Shown: positions 9,358-21,980, numbered from the whole stretch's first letter. The stretch: DNA of 60,732 nt, filler included, from Dirinaria sp. TL-2023a (GCA_051941275.1; 7 parts of 7 records of this genome joined end to end with filler, not necessarily neighbours in it); one strand, 5' to 3'. The notes: generated by a model from the sequence alone, not told the origin. Translations and numbers: made by a program.

Positions 9358-11997
9358 ATGACGACAACGACGACGACAACAACAACAGTTGAGACCCAGG
9401 TCGAGAAGTCCAAACCCTCACTCCAGCAATCTCCCACCTCACCACGCAAGAAACGTAGAAGAGCACCTGCGACTGGAGCAGCAGATGACTGCTTCTCCTG
9501 CCAGGAGCGCCAGACAAAGTGCGATAGGCGCAGGCCATATTGCACGCAGTGTCTGGACCAGGGCAAAGACTGCTCTGGCTACAAGACCACCCTCACCTGG
9601 GGAGTCGGGGTGGCCAGCAGAGGGAAGCTCAGAGGATTGGCATTGCCGATTGCGAAATCTCGAAAGGCGGAGCAGGACACTACTACTACTGACAGCAAGC
9701 CGGAGAATAATAACAGCAGGAAGCGATCCTTCGACGAAGCATCCAAGCCCAGCCCCACTCGGGAGCCGCTGCAATCACCGTCGAGTAAACGCTTTAGCTA
9801 CTCGGGCGGATCGGCGAGCGCTGCAAGCACGGCTAGTGCTACGACATACGACTTTGTGAATATGGATCACAGCTCCACGACCACGACCACGAGCCCCTCA
9901 TCGTCATCGATGTATCCTCCGCCTAATCTCCAATGGCGCACCTCTCGGCCAGGCGGGCAGATGCCAAGCCGGCCCAGCAAGCGGATGCGGAGTCACTCGC
10001 TCGAGCCTCTTCATGTCGCCGCATCGCAACCCGTCCGAGATCTGGGCATGCCCATGACGGCCGATGTTCTGGGCGGCTTCAGAGACCATGAATTCGGCCT
10101 TTCAATGCAATGTTCTCCCGTCACCCCAACCTTCCCCAACTACGCCCCTTACACATCCAGTTATGCCGAATACCCGCTCCACCCATCGCAGCAGCCCATG
10201 ATCGCCAACTCGTGCGAAAACAACTTCTTTGCTGCGCCAGAGCTGAGCTGGTCAAGTGGCAGCATAAGCTCGAGCTACAGCTCAAACCATAGCAAGCAGG
10301 AGTACCAAGAGGAGCATGGCTTCCTTGCCGACCCCGTCATCGTGGACACGCTCGACAGCATCCTCTCAGCTCAGCAAAACATTGGCCAGCAAGACTACAG
10401 TAATGCTAACGTGCAGAGTGACTCGAAGACACCAGAAGCTCCTCACTACTTGAACCAACTTCACCAGTCTCCGCAACTCGTTCCTGACGACGTTGGTGCT
10501 CATACATCCTTCAGCCTTTCCAGGTCGTTCCCTGCACCGCCGATCGGCAGCACACCAGGCCTACAGTTCCTCATCGATTACTACGACAAAGTTATATCGC
10601 CTGTCATAGTTGCGTTTGACGGGCCTACGAATCCCTACCGAACGCACATTCTACGTCTAGCGACCGAGAGCGAGACCCTGCAGCATGCTATTGCTGCTTT
10701 GTCCGCTAGTAATCTGCGGATGAGGCGAGGCAGCAACGCTCAGCCTGGCAAAGGATGCAAGCGCCGAAGTTTGACCGACTGCTCGTACGATAAGTCCGTG
10801 AGGAAGTCCCTGATCGCACACAGCCTGATGGACGTTGGCCTCGAAAGCTTGCCGCAGACGTCGACATCTGATCCGTCCAGGGAGGAATTGTTTCACAAGA
10901 CTGCGTCGATCAAGTTGCTCAACGAGCAGCTGGCCGATCCGAAAAGGAGGAAGGATGACTCCATTTTGGCGACCTTGTTAATTCTCTGCCTCTATCACAT
11001 TTGCGATACAGGCGTCGCAAAGTTCAAAACGCAATTTGCAGGGGTCAAGAAAATCCTTGCGCTACGTGGCGGTACGAGAGGCCCGAATTCGAAGGCGACC
11101 AACTGGCTGACTGTCATGTTCACCTGGTTTGATGCAATGACGGCTACGGTCAACGACCGAGAAGGGCAAATGCCTGACTTCGACGCCAGCTCTAGCGACG
11201 AATGGGCGCTGGAAAACCTCGCCGGCTGCGATGGCCGGCTCTTCAAGACTATCGCTAAGCTGGGCCGTCTCAATATGCTGAGCCAGAGCAAACCCGTCCG
11301 AGGTGGCTCGCCGATGACATCGCGGCCGAAAGGCCGGTCCGTAAGCCCGACTTCCAAGTCGCAAGACTACTACAGCATGAGCCGCCACCGGTACGATGGC
11401 GACAGCTGGTCTTTGCTCGCTGACGGCGAATCTGAAAACGTGGACTCCCGGACTCAATTTTGGCGAGAATGGAATGAGATCCGTCAGGCGCTCCAAGACT
11501 GGCAGATCGACGCTTCCGATTCAACATCCCCGTCATCGCTCGGCGACAGGCTGGATCTGTACAACATCTCCGAGTCATTTCGCTATTCCGCACTGCTGTA
11601 CACGGAGCGACTCGCCTACCCGCATCTTCCCTCCACCAACCCCAAATTCCAAAAACTCGTCACGCAAGCCCTTCACCATATTACGAACGTGAAGACGGAC
11701 GTTTTTCTTCTTTGGCCGCTCTTCATCACCGGCACGGAGTGCGTGAGCGCCGAGGGCCGGCACTTGATCCGGGAGCGGTGTCTGGATATCCAGAAGGATT
11801 CCGGCTTCTTCAATAACATTTCCGGCCTGGAGTTGTTAGAGCGAATCTGGCGGGATGACACGAATGATATGATCGACGACCACGCGCACATGAATGGGAT
11901 GAAATTTAACGACAGGAGCTGTGCCCGGCAGGGCGGCAAGGGATTCAAATGGCGGAAGGCAATGGAACGGGTGGATGGGGAGTACATTGTCGTCTGA
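9358..11997 (+). CDS. acr-2: Zn(II)2Cys6 transcription factor with C-terminal fungal-specific TF domain, Acr-2-like
   Basis: CFSCQERQTKCDRRRPYCTQCLDQGKDCSGY binuclear cluster, followed by KTTLTWGVGVASRGKLRG typical of Acr-2 homologues. C-terminal LLWPLFITGTEC motif. Confidence 0.85.
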   Translation: MTTTTTTTTTVETQVEKSKPSLQQSPTSPRKKRRRAPATGAADDCFSCQERQTKCDRRRPYCTQCLDQGKDCSGYKTTLTWGVGVASRGKLRGLALPIAKSRKAEQDTTTTDSKPENNNSRKRSFDEASKPSPTREPLQSPSSKRFSYSGGSASAASTASATTYDFVNMDHSSTTTTTSPSSSSMYPPPNLQWRTSRPGGQMPSRPSKRMRSHSLEPLHVAASQPVRDLGMPMTADVLGGFRDHEFGLSMQCSPVTPTFPNYAPYTSSYAEYPLHPSQQPMIANSCENNFFAAPELSWSSGSISSSYSSNHSKQEYQEEHGFLADPVIVDTLDSILSAQQNIGQQDYSNANVQSDSKTPEAPHYLNQLHQSPQLVPDDVGAHTSFSLSRSFPAPPIGSTPGLQFLIDYYDKVISPVIVAFDGPTNPYRTHILRLATESETLQHAIAALSASNLRMRRGSNAQPGKGCKRRSLTDCSYDKSVRKSLIAHSLMDVGLESLPQTSTSDPSREELFHKTASIKLLNEQLADPKRRKDDSILATLLILCLYHICDTGVAKFKTQFAGVKKILALRGGTRGPNSKATNWLTVMFTWFDAMTATVNDREGQMPDFDASSSDEWALENLAGCDGRLFKTIAKLGRLNMLSQSKPVRGGSPMTSRPKGRSVSPTSKSQDYYSMSRHRYDGDSWSLLADGESENVDSRTQFWREWNEIRQALQDWQIDASDSTSPSSLGDRLDLYNISESFRYSALLYTERLAYPHLPSTNPKFQKLVTQALHHITNVKTDVFLLWPLFITGTECVSAEGRHLIRERCLDIQKDSGFFNNISGLELLERIWRDDTNDMIDDHAHMNGMKFNDRSCARQGGKGFKWRKAMERVDGEYIVV

Positions 11998-12572
11998 TGG
12001 GGTTCTGCACATGACTTTGGAATAGGAGTACATACCACTTTACTCATCTCCGTAGACGCCCGCTTGATATACCTTACCTCACCGAGCTCACCTCTTTGCT
12101 GAAGTTCAAATAAGCTCATCCCACTATGTTTTCATCGGTGCTGGTGTTGGTCTGGCGCGCTTGGATCGCACCTATCCAGCTGTCCCGTGTAATCAAGTAG
12201 ATCTGCGGGTTTCATCTTCGGAACTCGCTGAGTCCTTCTTCCCTCCCACTCTTTTCTCCGACATCTCAGACGCGCTCCAGCAAGACCAGCACTCTTGGTC
12301 AGCAACCATCTCCCGGGATAGTAGCGCCAGATTAGTAGCAACTGGCCTTGCACCAGAACCACCTAGCTGAATAATCATCGCCATGATTCTTCCCTTGCCC
12401 CTTGGCATTGGCTGACCAATCCCTTTCTCTGCGAACAATCGCGTCATCCGCGTTGCATCATCTCCATCTCCACCTAGGTAAGGTAGGTACTCATACTTGA
12501 TATTACTAAACTTCTCCTCCACCACCAGTCTCTGCTTTCCCCTCTATATCCCCTCCAGCTACCTGCCGCTCC

Positions 12573-13580
12573 ATGCGCCCAACTGCCCGCCTCTACGCAC
12601 TTACAAACCAACTCTCACGATCAACAATGGGTCCCTCAACATCCACAGCCCCACCTGCCATCATAGCCGGCGTCGGCCCCGGCACAGGTGCCGCCGTAGC
12701 TCGCAAGTTCGCCCAGCAATACCCGGTCTTCCTCCTCGCCCGCAACCCGTCGAACTACGACACCCTAGTCAAAGAGATTAACGACAGGGGAGGCTGGGCG
12801 AAGGGCATCAGTACCGATGTCAGCGATGCGGCGTCAGTGAAGAAGGCCTTTGAAGAGATTGGGAAGGAGAGGGGAAAGGAGCAGCCAAGGGCTGCGGTTG
12901 GGGTGTTCAATGTTGGTGGAAGGTTTGTGAGGAAACCGTTCCTGGAGCTGTCGCAGGAGGATTTTGAGGCGGGGTATGAGGCTAATGGGTGAGTATTGGT
13001 TGCTCCTGTTGCAACAACAAGAGGCTTTATAACGGATTACGTATGCCAATGTCTTCACGCTAATGATGGGTACACAGACGTGGCGCCTTCCTCTTCTCGC
13101 ACGCCATCCTCCCTCTCCTCCTCAACAATGTCGGTAGCGCCGATGTCCAGTTCCCCCCAACCCTGATCTTCACCGGCGCCACGGCCTCGCTGAAAGGGAG
13201 CGCGCTGTGTGCCAGCTTTGCGATGGGGAAATTCGCAATGAGAGCGCTGGGGCAGAGTTTGGCACGCGAATTCGGGCCAAAAGGCGTGCACGTTGCGCAC
13301 GCGGTCATCGATGGCGTGATTGATATCCCGAGGACAAAGGAGTGGAAGCTCGAGGGAGAAGATGCGAAGATCAGTGCCGATGCGGTGAGTTTGCCCCCGA
13401 GTTCATGCGCGGATTATTGTTGTCTGCGCCCCTTGGTGGAACAAGAGAGAGTATTGAAGACTGGAGGCTGACCCGAGACAATACGTGTAGATCGCCGATG
13501 CCTACTGGTACCTCCACACCCAGCCCCGCACGACGTTCTCCAATGAAATCGATATCAGGCCGTATATCGAGAAGTGGTGA
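12573..13580 (+). CDS. Short-chain dehydrogenase/reductase, 3 exons (alternative ATG at 12627)
   Basis: AGVGPGTG Rossmann motif, FTGATAS, FAMGKFAMRALGQSLAREFGPKGVHVAH. Introns 12989-13077 and 13385-13490; ends IRPYIEKW-TGA. Confidence 0.92.
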
Positions 13581-16141
13581 ATCAGGCATCTCTGGCACGG
13601 CGACTCATACAATAAAAATGAATTCATGAAATACTAAAGATCCTGGTAATGACTCGTTCCTTTTCTCAATGTCTTGGACTCCTGAACTATGTCCCTTTGA
13701 TCCTTCATTCAAAAGTGCCGAGCTCCTTGTCAGATCCATCGCCAGCAGTCACAGACTGTAGAACTCGTGTGCATGTCACCAATCATTTTCTGAGTATTGG
13801 GTTGCCGTCCCTTTACTATAGTAATTCTCCACTGCTTCAGAAAAATCGTCTCTGCCTCAAGATTTCGTACGCTCCTGTGGTATCGATATTTGAAGCGGAC
13901 GACCGGCAGAATGTCGAACGCTTAAGGTACCTAGATTTTCAAATTTCAGGTGCCAGAAGCTCGGTTTCGGAATTCGGGGTCGAGCCGAGGGAGCGCATCT
14001 CAACACCTGCATTGGGCTTGAATTTATGATGTTTCTTCGACCAAGAGAGTCATGGTCATAATATTCTAAGAGCAGCGCAACCTTCCAAAAAGCCATTCCT
14101 CAAGTTCGGTTGGGGATTGCTAAAGCAGTGCTTAACAGAAAGTCAATATCAAGTTCCAGTGAAGGAATTTCAGAGACACCGTGGCAGCCATCAATAGCTC
14201 TGAGGCCTTCGTACGCAGCCTTGTTACACTTGAGTAGCACAGATACATACGTTCAAGCGCCGAGTTTGCAATCTCTGTCTCTGTGGCAGCTTTTCCACGG
14301 CAGCTTTCGGGTTCCACGAGATTACTTTTGAAGCACAGTGCATGCTCGCAGCTCGCAACAGACTGCATCTTGAATTCGATTAAGGCCTCCCACCAGCGCT
14401 GGCCGCAATGGCGGTAAGCAAGCCGTAAGCCTCATTCTTGCTTACAGTGTAGCATTGAAGGATTCTTCTCCACTGTTGCCCTTGCATTCGCTAGCATTGC
14501 TTGATTCGTACCTGCTTTCTATCTTACGTCACGCTGGTCATGAGCCGAATGCAGAAGGGCCACGAGGCTTGTTTAAAAAGATCATTCAACGAGAAGTGCT
14601 ACCAAGTTTTGTTGGAGAAGGGGCTTGGTTCTAGTCTTTGCTAGACCTGACAAGGATAAGGTAAGTGAAGGCCACGCTGGGTACTAATCCTTTCGTGGTT
14701 ATTTGTCCGGGCGAAGAGTTGGCTGTTCCTCTGCCGACTCTAGTATTCTTGGTCTTTCTTTCCCTGCTTTGCCAATCTAGCTGCTGCTCTATGCCGGTAA
14801 TGGCCAAAGTCTGGAAGAAGCTGGAATGATGACTTACGAAGTAATGGTACCACTACAGGCGATCAGTACGGAACAGCACTTCAGGAGAAATCACTTTTTG
14901 CTTTTATCTGATACGTCCAATGCTTTTTGAGATATATTAGGTATACGATGGGCGACATTCGCATCCAAGCCTCGCCATTGAGCAATGAAGCATCAACACA
15001 GATTCGAAATTCCTGAACTGCATGGAAAGTCGAGTGAACGATCTCAAACCGATGCCGAGAGCACGAATGTAGGGGACGAAAAACTAGGGTTTGCAGCGAT
15101 AATAACAGGGGATGATGCTTACCGTTGAGAAGCTTTGTGGAGCAGAATCAAGCATCGGTTGCAGATTTTAGTGGGAACGCCTCCAGTCGAGGAAGCTCCA
15201 TCCGTCTCGTCACTACTGGTAGCATCCGAGGGATTAGAGCAGCGTTTCTTGCAGCCGTATATTCGATGCTATAACGATCTAAAGCTTTTTAGTCATCGAG
15301 CCGGGACAGACTTTGCACCTTACTAAGCGCAAAAAGAATCTTCCACCGTCAGCGACATCAGTGACAGGATGTCTTTGTATCTTCTACGGCCTTCCGTGAC
15401 ACTCGGAGTATATTTTGGAGGATCAATCATGTGCTGGGGGTCGTTGAGGTGATTGGTTGGGCTTCTTTTCGTCCGATATTTCGTTGCAGCTGAACTCCAC
15501 ACTTCTTACGCCGCAATCTTACATCAGCTTTGCGATGGCTGCGTTATTCCTTTTCTTTACCAGCCATGCCAGTCAACCATATCGAACATTGATGTGTATT
15601 CTCGATTCTGTTGAGTTTGAATGGACGGGTATCCACGAATACGGCTTAGCTGGCTCAGCCTTCCCCACAACCTCTACAAAGGCTGCTGTAACATTCTAGG
15701 GCCAGAAAGCGCAACCGGGTACGCCAGTGTAATTCACCGTGATCAATGGGACCAAGCTAGCCTTTGGAGTGGCGGACATGGTCCAGTTTTGGCATGTTCA
15801 CGGGACGATGGAACCTTTTGCGTGACCGTAAGCAGCAAAATTACTACGGGCTCAATGGGCTCAATGGGTGAATGGCCATGAAAAAGTAATAGCCTAATTT
15901 CCGAGTTCCACAAAATGCTGACCTGGCCCACCTCGTATCCAGCCGATCCACTACAGTTCCATTACCCTCAGCATCAACACGGGAGGCTGATCAGCTGGTG
16001 TGATCGCTTTGTTCTTCAAAGGAAAAGGTATATAAGACGGATCTGGGTATCCTACATCCTGATTCATCACCATCACAGAAAGACACCGGGGAGCAAAATC
16101 ACATTCAATTTCCACTTGTCAGCCAGAGCAGCACATCGACA

Positions 16142-16628
16142 ATGAAAAATCTCTCCTTCGTAGCGAGCATCCTCGCTTCCGCAGCCGCAGTGTAAAAGAT
16201 GTCCTTCCCCCTTACATTGTCGACTAACTCCAACATTCTGTTCTTTAGTGCCTACGCTCAAGGCCCCATCCAGCCCGCCTCATGCACCTACACGGCGACA
16301 CCCTGCGAACCCTTCAACGGGCCGACGGAGACCATCACTGTGTACGAGCAGCCATTCGCAGTGACATCGACGCGTACCTTTGACTGCCACGGCTGCACCG
16401 CCGTGACGGTGAGCTCGAAGAACTGTGACGGAGTGGGTATCGTATGTCGATGCGCTTTCCTTTTTTCCATCCCAGCTTTCACCCAACTTGCCAGGGGATA
16501 CATGTACAAAAAAAGGTATGCGCTGACTAGGGTCAACCAATTAGCCGATCCAGACGACGACGTTCGAGTTCCTCAATGCACAGTCCACAACTACTGTCAA
16601 TGTGTGCAGCCCGACGCCCGGCTCTTAG
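16142..16628 (+). CDS. Small secreted Cys/Thr-rich protein (108 aa, 6 Cys), 3 exons
   Basis: Exons 16142-16191, 16249-16441 and 16545-16628 splice in frame through GT-AG introns with CTAAC/GCTGAC branch sites. Signal-like MKNLSFVASILASAAAVAYA; TATATAAG near 16029. Confidence 0.8.
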
Positions 16629-16888
16629 GTGCTCTGCGGATTCGATGTTACTGTAAAGGCATTGGGTGTGCAGGGGGAAATTTTTCCATTCTTTCTACGT
16701 CGGAAAAAGTGAATTGAACGGCGATGATCGATTGATCCTATCTTTGCACTCCGCTTCATGATCTATGTATGTATCGATCTAGCCAAACCTCATCGATTTA
16801 CAACCGAAAAACATTCACACAAGGACCAATTTCCCTGTTTTTCATTCCATAGATGAAAGAGAGAGCGCGATGGAGTATACATCTCTCC

Positions 16889-16917
16889 TCCCTTCCCTTC
16901 CCTTCCCTTCCCTTCCC
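16889..16917. repeat. (CCCTT)n simple repeat
   Basis: Direct pentanucleotide repeat. Confidence 0.85.
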
Positions 16918-17304
16918 GAAATAAACTCACCGCACCCACCGATCAATCAGTAATCCAGACAAGATCTCCCTCAAGCCTGCCTTTTTTGTCCCCTTTGCAG
17001 CGAAAATTAAACTAAAAAAAAAAAAAAAAAGAGCACCCATCCGCCAGCCCCAGAAGCAGGCATATCTCTCAACCCTGCCCTCCAATAGTATTACGTGTTC
17101 ATCACACTTTCAATTTCTTCTTTCATAAAAAAGGTTTATGTTAATCTCTATCTTATCTTGATTCATCATGTTACCATCGATGAAAATCGTCAGTACATCT
17201 ACTTTGTGCTGTCCTTTTTTTTTTTTTTCTCTAGTTATAACCGAACACGGCTCCTGGGAGATTACGTCTCATGAGAAAGATCTGCTGCTGATTTTTTTTT
17301 TTTT

Positions 17305-17404
17305 NNNNNNNNNNNNNNNNNNNNNNNNNNNNNNNNNNNNNNNNNNNNTTAATTAATTAANNNNNNNNNNNNNNNNNNNNNNNNNNNNNNNNNNNNNNNN
17401 NNNN
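17305..17404. other. Artificial contig linker
   Basis: N44-TTAATTAATTAA-N44. Confidence 0.99.
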
Positions 17405-17506
17405 TCCGTAACCCCCTCCGTAGCCTCCTCCATATCCCCCATAAGGAACGTAAGCAGCCGAGGCCGAGCTGGCCACGGCGGCAGCGAAAGCAAGATTATA
17501 ACGCAT
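17405..17506 (-). CDS. 5' end of a secreted Gly/Tyr-rich protein, truncated by the contig end
   Basis: ATG 17506 reads MRYNLAFAAAVASSASAAYVPYGGYGGGYGGGYG into the gap: signal-peptide-like N-terminus plus GGY repeats. TATA-like element on the minus strand near 17695. Confidence 0.75.
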
Positions 17507-20500
17507 CGTAACTGAGATAACGCTAGACGTATGAGAGGGAAAAAATAAGGTAAGGAAATGTATAAGGAAATATGAAAGCGACTGACTTCTCAGGGACTAA
17601 ACGAGTGTGTCTATGAGAATAAGAGCCAAGGAAAAAAAGCTGTAAGGAAATGAGATGCAGGCAGGAAGGAAAAGGGCAGAGAAGGATGGATCTTATATTA
17701 TTATTGAAGGAGAGCGACCGGATGAGGGTCAGTAAACAAATCCTGGTAGAGTGACATCGTCGTAATCAGCAGGCGATGCAGGACCAACAGGGCCCGACTA
17801 TCAGCTCGGAAAGATACGCATGGCTAGGAAGATAGCCGAGGAGCGTAGCATTTTTGGAGCACAGTGCCACAGTAGTCAGCAGCATCTATAGATGAGAATT
17901 TGGTGGTTGATCAAGCATCTGACATAGCCGCAGTGGGTTGCCTAACCAGCTGGGGGAAATTAGGAGTTGGAAGCATGGAAATTAAAGAATTATTTGCCGA
18001 GTGAGAGAGAGTCAGCAGCACACTAGGAACGGTGCAACGGTGCAGCGGTGCAGGGCAGACACGAGCCACACAGTGACTCAGTGAGGTTGCGAAGTAACGG
18101 TACCTTGAAGAAGTAGCGCAAAGCAGCGTCGTGAACTCGTACCTTGACTTTTTCAGGGTCCTGTACGGGTTTCCTAATGGGACTGAACTGGACGGAGCCT
18201 CGGCCCCTCGGGACGATCGAAATGCGCGTATTCTCCATGATTGGCTCTCGTATTCTGCTATTCTTGGGCCTCCCAAAATGGCCTGCCAAGCCCCTCCCAA
18301 GCCTTCGGCCTTCCCCAGTAACTCGTAGTCTCCACACACAACATTTGGACGGAGATTAAATTCAAGAGAAAGGACTTAAAGTAGAGATGACGGGCGGCCG
18401 TGGCTGAAGCACACACTCCTTCCAGAGCTATTCCCTTCACTTCATGGAACAAACCACTAATTTAGGTGGCAGTGAAGGGATTGATGACTAATCTGCTTGG
18501 CAGTTGTTCAGTCCGAGGAATATCCGGCGCCACTGCCCCGTGCCATCGAAGCGTAAGATATCTTCCATAAGGTGCCGCTACTGTCCCGTGTTGCAACCCA
18601 AGACGTTCGTACGTTTTTCCCCGCCGCCATCTCTCTTGCGCTGGACGAACGACACGAGCCTCAAGTACCTGAAAGGTAAGTAGTTAATGTCACAAGCTTC
18701 TTGGCGCAATCCATGTTTAGTATCAACTATCTCCCTCCACTTCGGTCTTTATCACTTTGACTTGAGGATTTATAATACGAGAGCCCCTCTTTTTCTATTC
18801 TGGAGTAAAATATCCTTACCTATTTTACCGGCGATATCTCTTATACGAACTCTGAGCTAAACGTTCGGTCTTTTCACTGGTTTCTGGGTTTCTCGAGCCC
18901 AACAGTGGAACGAACTCTTTGCTTCCCGGGCATGGCCCTCGATCTGCGTGGCGAGTCTGCTTTCAGGTCCAATCATTGTGTGACTGCAGTCTACTGTTCG
19001 CTGATGAACACTCAACCTTCTTGGATGGCTTTACGATGACTGCTAAGCAGCGGTTCTGGAACTAATATTGGTTTTGTTCTCTGGGCTATTTCCTCTTCTT
19101 CTATTCTGTCTTTACGGCTACTCGAGCTAGTCAAAGTAGTCTCTTACTCCGGATATTGCTGGAAGGATGCAGAAGACAATCCTCGCCGCTGACCGAGCGG
19201 CCGTGCTTGCTGGACGAGAAGAGCCCCCTGAAATGATCTATCTTATCAACTCAGCATTGTAGGCCTGCTGCATCGTTACATCCTTACATACAGGCGCCGG
19301 AGCCATTCGCCTGAGACTGTTCAGTACCAAGAGGCTTAGGCATTGTTTGAGGTCTGGACGACCAAGCACGACGTACTCATCACATGGACGGCCTGATCTT
19401 TGGGAAGTCTTGGCTGCACCGCTGCTTTGGCCGATACGTTTTGCAGACCCCATTTGGGCAAAGCTTCAGCAATGAGGACAGCAATGCTCAGCACTGCGAT
19501 CAAATCTGCGTGACTTAGTTACTGGTCGGAAGGCTTTTACATGGTTTCAAACCATCCTACCTGTTAGGAAAGTTATTTGAAAGCGTCCTGAATCGAGCCT
19601 TGATCTTATCGCGCTTCCATGTTTTGAGACTGCTATCATACTCGAGACAAGATAGCAGAGGCAACAGGACTCGTTGCTAGCATTCTGACTATTCCAGTGT
19701 GCATCATTGAGGGTATCAAATACGCTAAAGCACGCTATCGAGTGGCTGATGAGCTAGAAGCGTTGCAGGTAAAGGAGACTACAGGAGAAATCCATAATCC
19801 CATCGTCTTATCAAGACGGTGATGTTGTGCGAAGCTGATATGCTTTCCATCGCAGGAACGAGTTGAGCAGTTTTCCATGTAGTGACAGAGGTCGAATGCC
19901 AACCTAATATTTCTTTGCCACCTCTGGCTCAAACATCGCTTTCCAGAGCCAAGTGTATGCTGGAAGTCCTTCAGCCATGTCCGCAAAGGCCGTCTTTCCC
20001 GGCATGCTCACCTTAATAGATCTGTCTACCTCCATCAGCCAGCAAACTCCCTCAACAGCAGGTATGAGACAGCATCCTTCTCTGGTCATCCTCCATACGT
20101 GGATTTTAGCCAAACCTACAAGCATCGCAAAGCACTGTACAGCAAAGGCTACCAAATTCCATACCTCTTTGCGAATATCCTCATGATGCGCACTGGAAGA
20201 CCTCTAGGCTTCGTATACTACAGTACCTATGAGCTCGAAAAATTTGAGAGGGACCTAAGATCTATACTCTCGTCATCGTACGCCTTTATAGATCCGCAAG
20301 TTCCGACACCTAAGGTCATCTTTCGAATATTCTATAATAGGGACCTCTTCAATCTGCCACTTTACTTCGGAGCTACGAGAGAACCATGAGTCGCGCGCGC
20401 TCTCCGCTCTACACGCCACCGCCCTCAGTAACCCATGAAAGAAATTGACTCGCCGGTAGTAGGGGTATCTCCAACACCGTCGAGGTCACCTCATCGAAAA

Positions 20501-21287
20501 CCAAGGTGCTCGTTCCAGGAGTATCCTAAATTAGCTCACCCCACTCCTTTTGACAGAGGCTACAAAGCTTACTTGCACATGGGATTACTACTACGCGAAG
20601 AGGGAACTCGTCAGAACATGCATTGACCTGGTTAAAAACTCCAAGAGAAATCTGACATAGGGGAAGCAAAGACGGGAATGAATGCTTCTGAGAAGCTTTG
20701 CCAAGCCAAAGACAGCTCCTGATCTGGCGGCGCATAAACATTGTGAGCCTAATTTGCAATGATACAAGGTCAGCTCGATTTTCCAGCATGGACATCTAGG
20801 CGGGAATCTTTTCTAGAAGGAAAGCGATCGGTAGACACCGACAAAAAGGGACAGAAGGGACTTGATATATATACTCGTCGAGGTAATGTAAGCTTATCAA
20901 CCTTATGCTAATTGTTCACTCATCGAGGTAGGGAAAGACTTTCTTGACACTGAAATTTACTTTCGGAAGAACAGGCATCTATTTACAAGAACCAGCAATA
21001 ACGAGAAACATCATCCTGACGTCTACTTTGCCCTATTCATATTTAGAGTGGTGTATTGGGCAAGCTCGTCGGACTTAGGTCGTCAGAGAATTGCCGAGGA
21101 TACTGCGAGTAGGTAGTGCACATACATTGAGGTAAGAAAACGCACTTTTTGGAGCTCGAAAATGAATTTTGGAAGAACACGCCCAGATTTACAAAAATAA
21201 TGCAAGCACAACATCATCCCGACTTCTTCTTCGCCTTGTTCAAAGGTATAGTCTTTCCAATACTCGTGCTGGGCAAGCTCTTAGGAC

Positions 21288-21980
21288 TCAACTCCTCGGA
21301 GATCGTCGAGGATACGCGGGGTAGGTAATGCGGTACTCTCGCAACGCTTGACGAAGAAAAAGCTCCGGCCTTCGATGTGGGGCATATGTTGCGGCAGTGC
21401 CGCTACCGCTGGATGCGGTTCCTTGATCGGCGCACACTGTACTCGTACCAGTCGCATGCTCTTCAGCCGATGCAGGAAGCTCAACCTCCTGCTTCGCCCT
21501 TTCTTCGCGCCTTTTCTTGGAGGCTGCCAGATTCTTCTCAATGCGATGTATCATTGCATAGGTAGTCGCAAGTTCTTGAGCAATAGTGTTCTTTTCATCG
21601 ATCCCTTGCTCTACTTGAGTCAGCTCATCCATCAGAGATGTAGTATTAGTTTGACGAACCAAGGGAAGAGGGGCGTCGACCGAATCGCTCGCCAGAGAAC
21701 CCAGGGTTTCCATTTTTCGATAGGAGTGATCCTTGGTTCTGCGCCGCGTGCTACTCTGCACTGATGCCAGGCCAGCGTACTCCTCAAGTGTATTATCGAT
21801 CTGACGATCGAGTATTCTTTTTTGATGATAAAATTCTCGAAGGCCATCTCTGCTCCTGGGAAAGGCGGCTCTGGATGGCCTGAGTGGAGTTGTGATGTCC
21901 GCTCGCTTCAGCGGAGTCAGTGGTGGAGGAACAAGGCTTTGATCGCCTTCCACATCCGTGCGGGCGCGGACAGGATGCAT
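21288..21980 (-). CDS. Hypothetical coiled-coil protein (about 230 aa)
   Basis: Long open frame with helical charged segments (ELTQVEQGIDEKNTIAQELATTYAMIHRIEKNL). No recognised domain. Confidence 0.45.
   Translation of the reverse strand: MHPVRARTDVEGDQSLVPPPLTPLKRADITTPLRPSRAAFPRSRDGLREFYHQKRILDRQIDNTLEEYAGLASVQSSTRRRTKDHSYRKMETLGSLASDSVDAPLPLVRQTNTTSLMDELTQVEQGIDEKNTIAQELATTYAMIHRIEKNLAASKKRREERAKQEVELPASAEEHATGTSTVCADQGTASSGSGTAATYAPHRRPELFLRQALREYRITYPAYPRRSPRS

Noticed and set aside
13200..13250. SDR catalytic YxxxK appears as FAMGK
   Set aside because: The FxxxKF form is typical of this SDR subgroup, so it is not evidence of inactivation or novelty.
14826..14911. ATGATGA ... CTGA pair resembling C/D boxes
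   Set aside because: No terminal stem; expected by chance.
13700..15900. Protein-like fragments and a GTATGT donor on the minus strand
   Set aside because: Many stops and no recognisable motif; a gene or pseudogene call cannot be supported.
19700..20800. Short ORFs such as 20099-20389
   Set aside because: No coherent exon chain or known domain.
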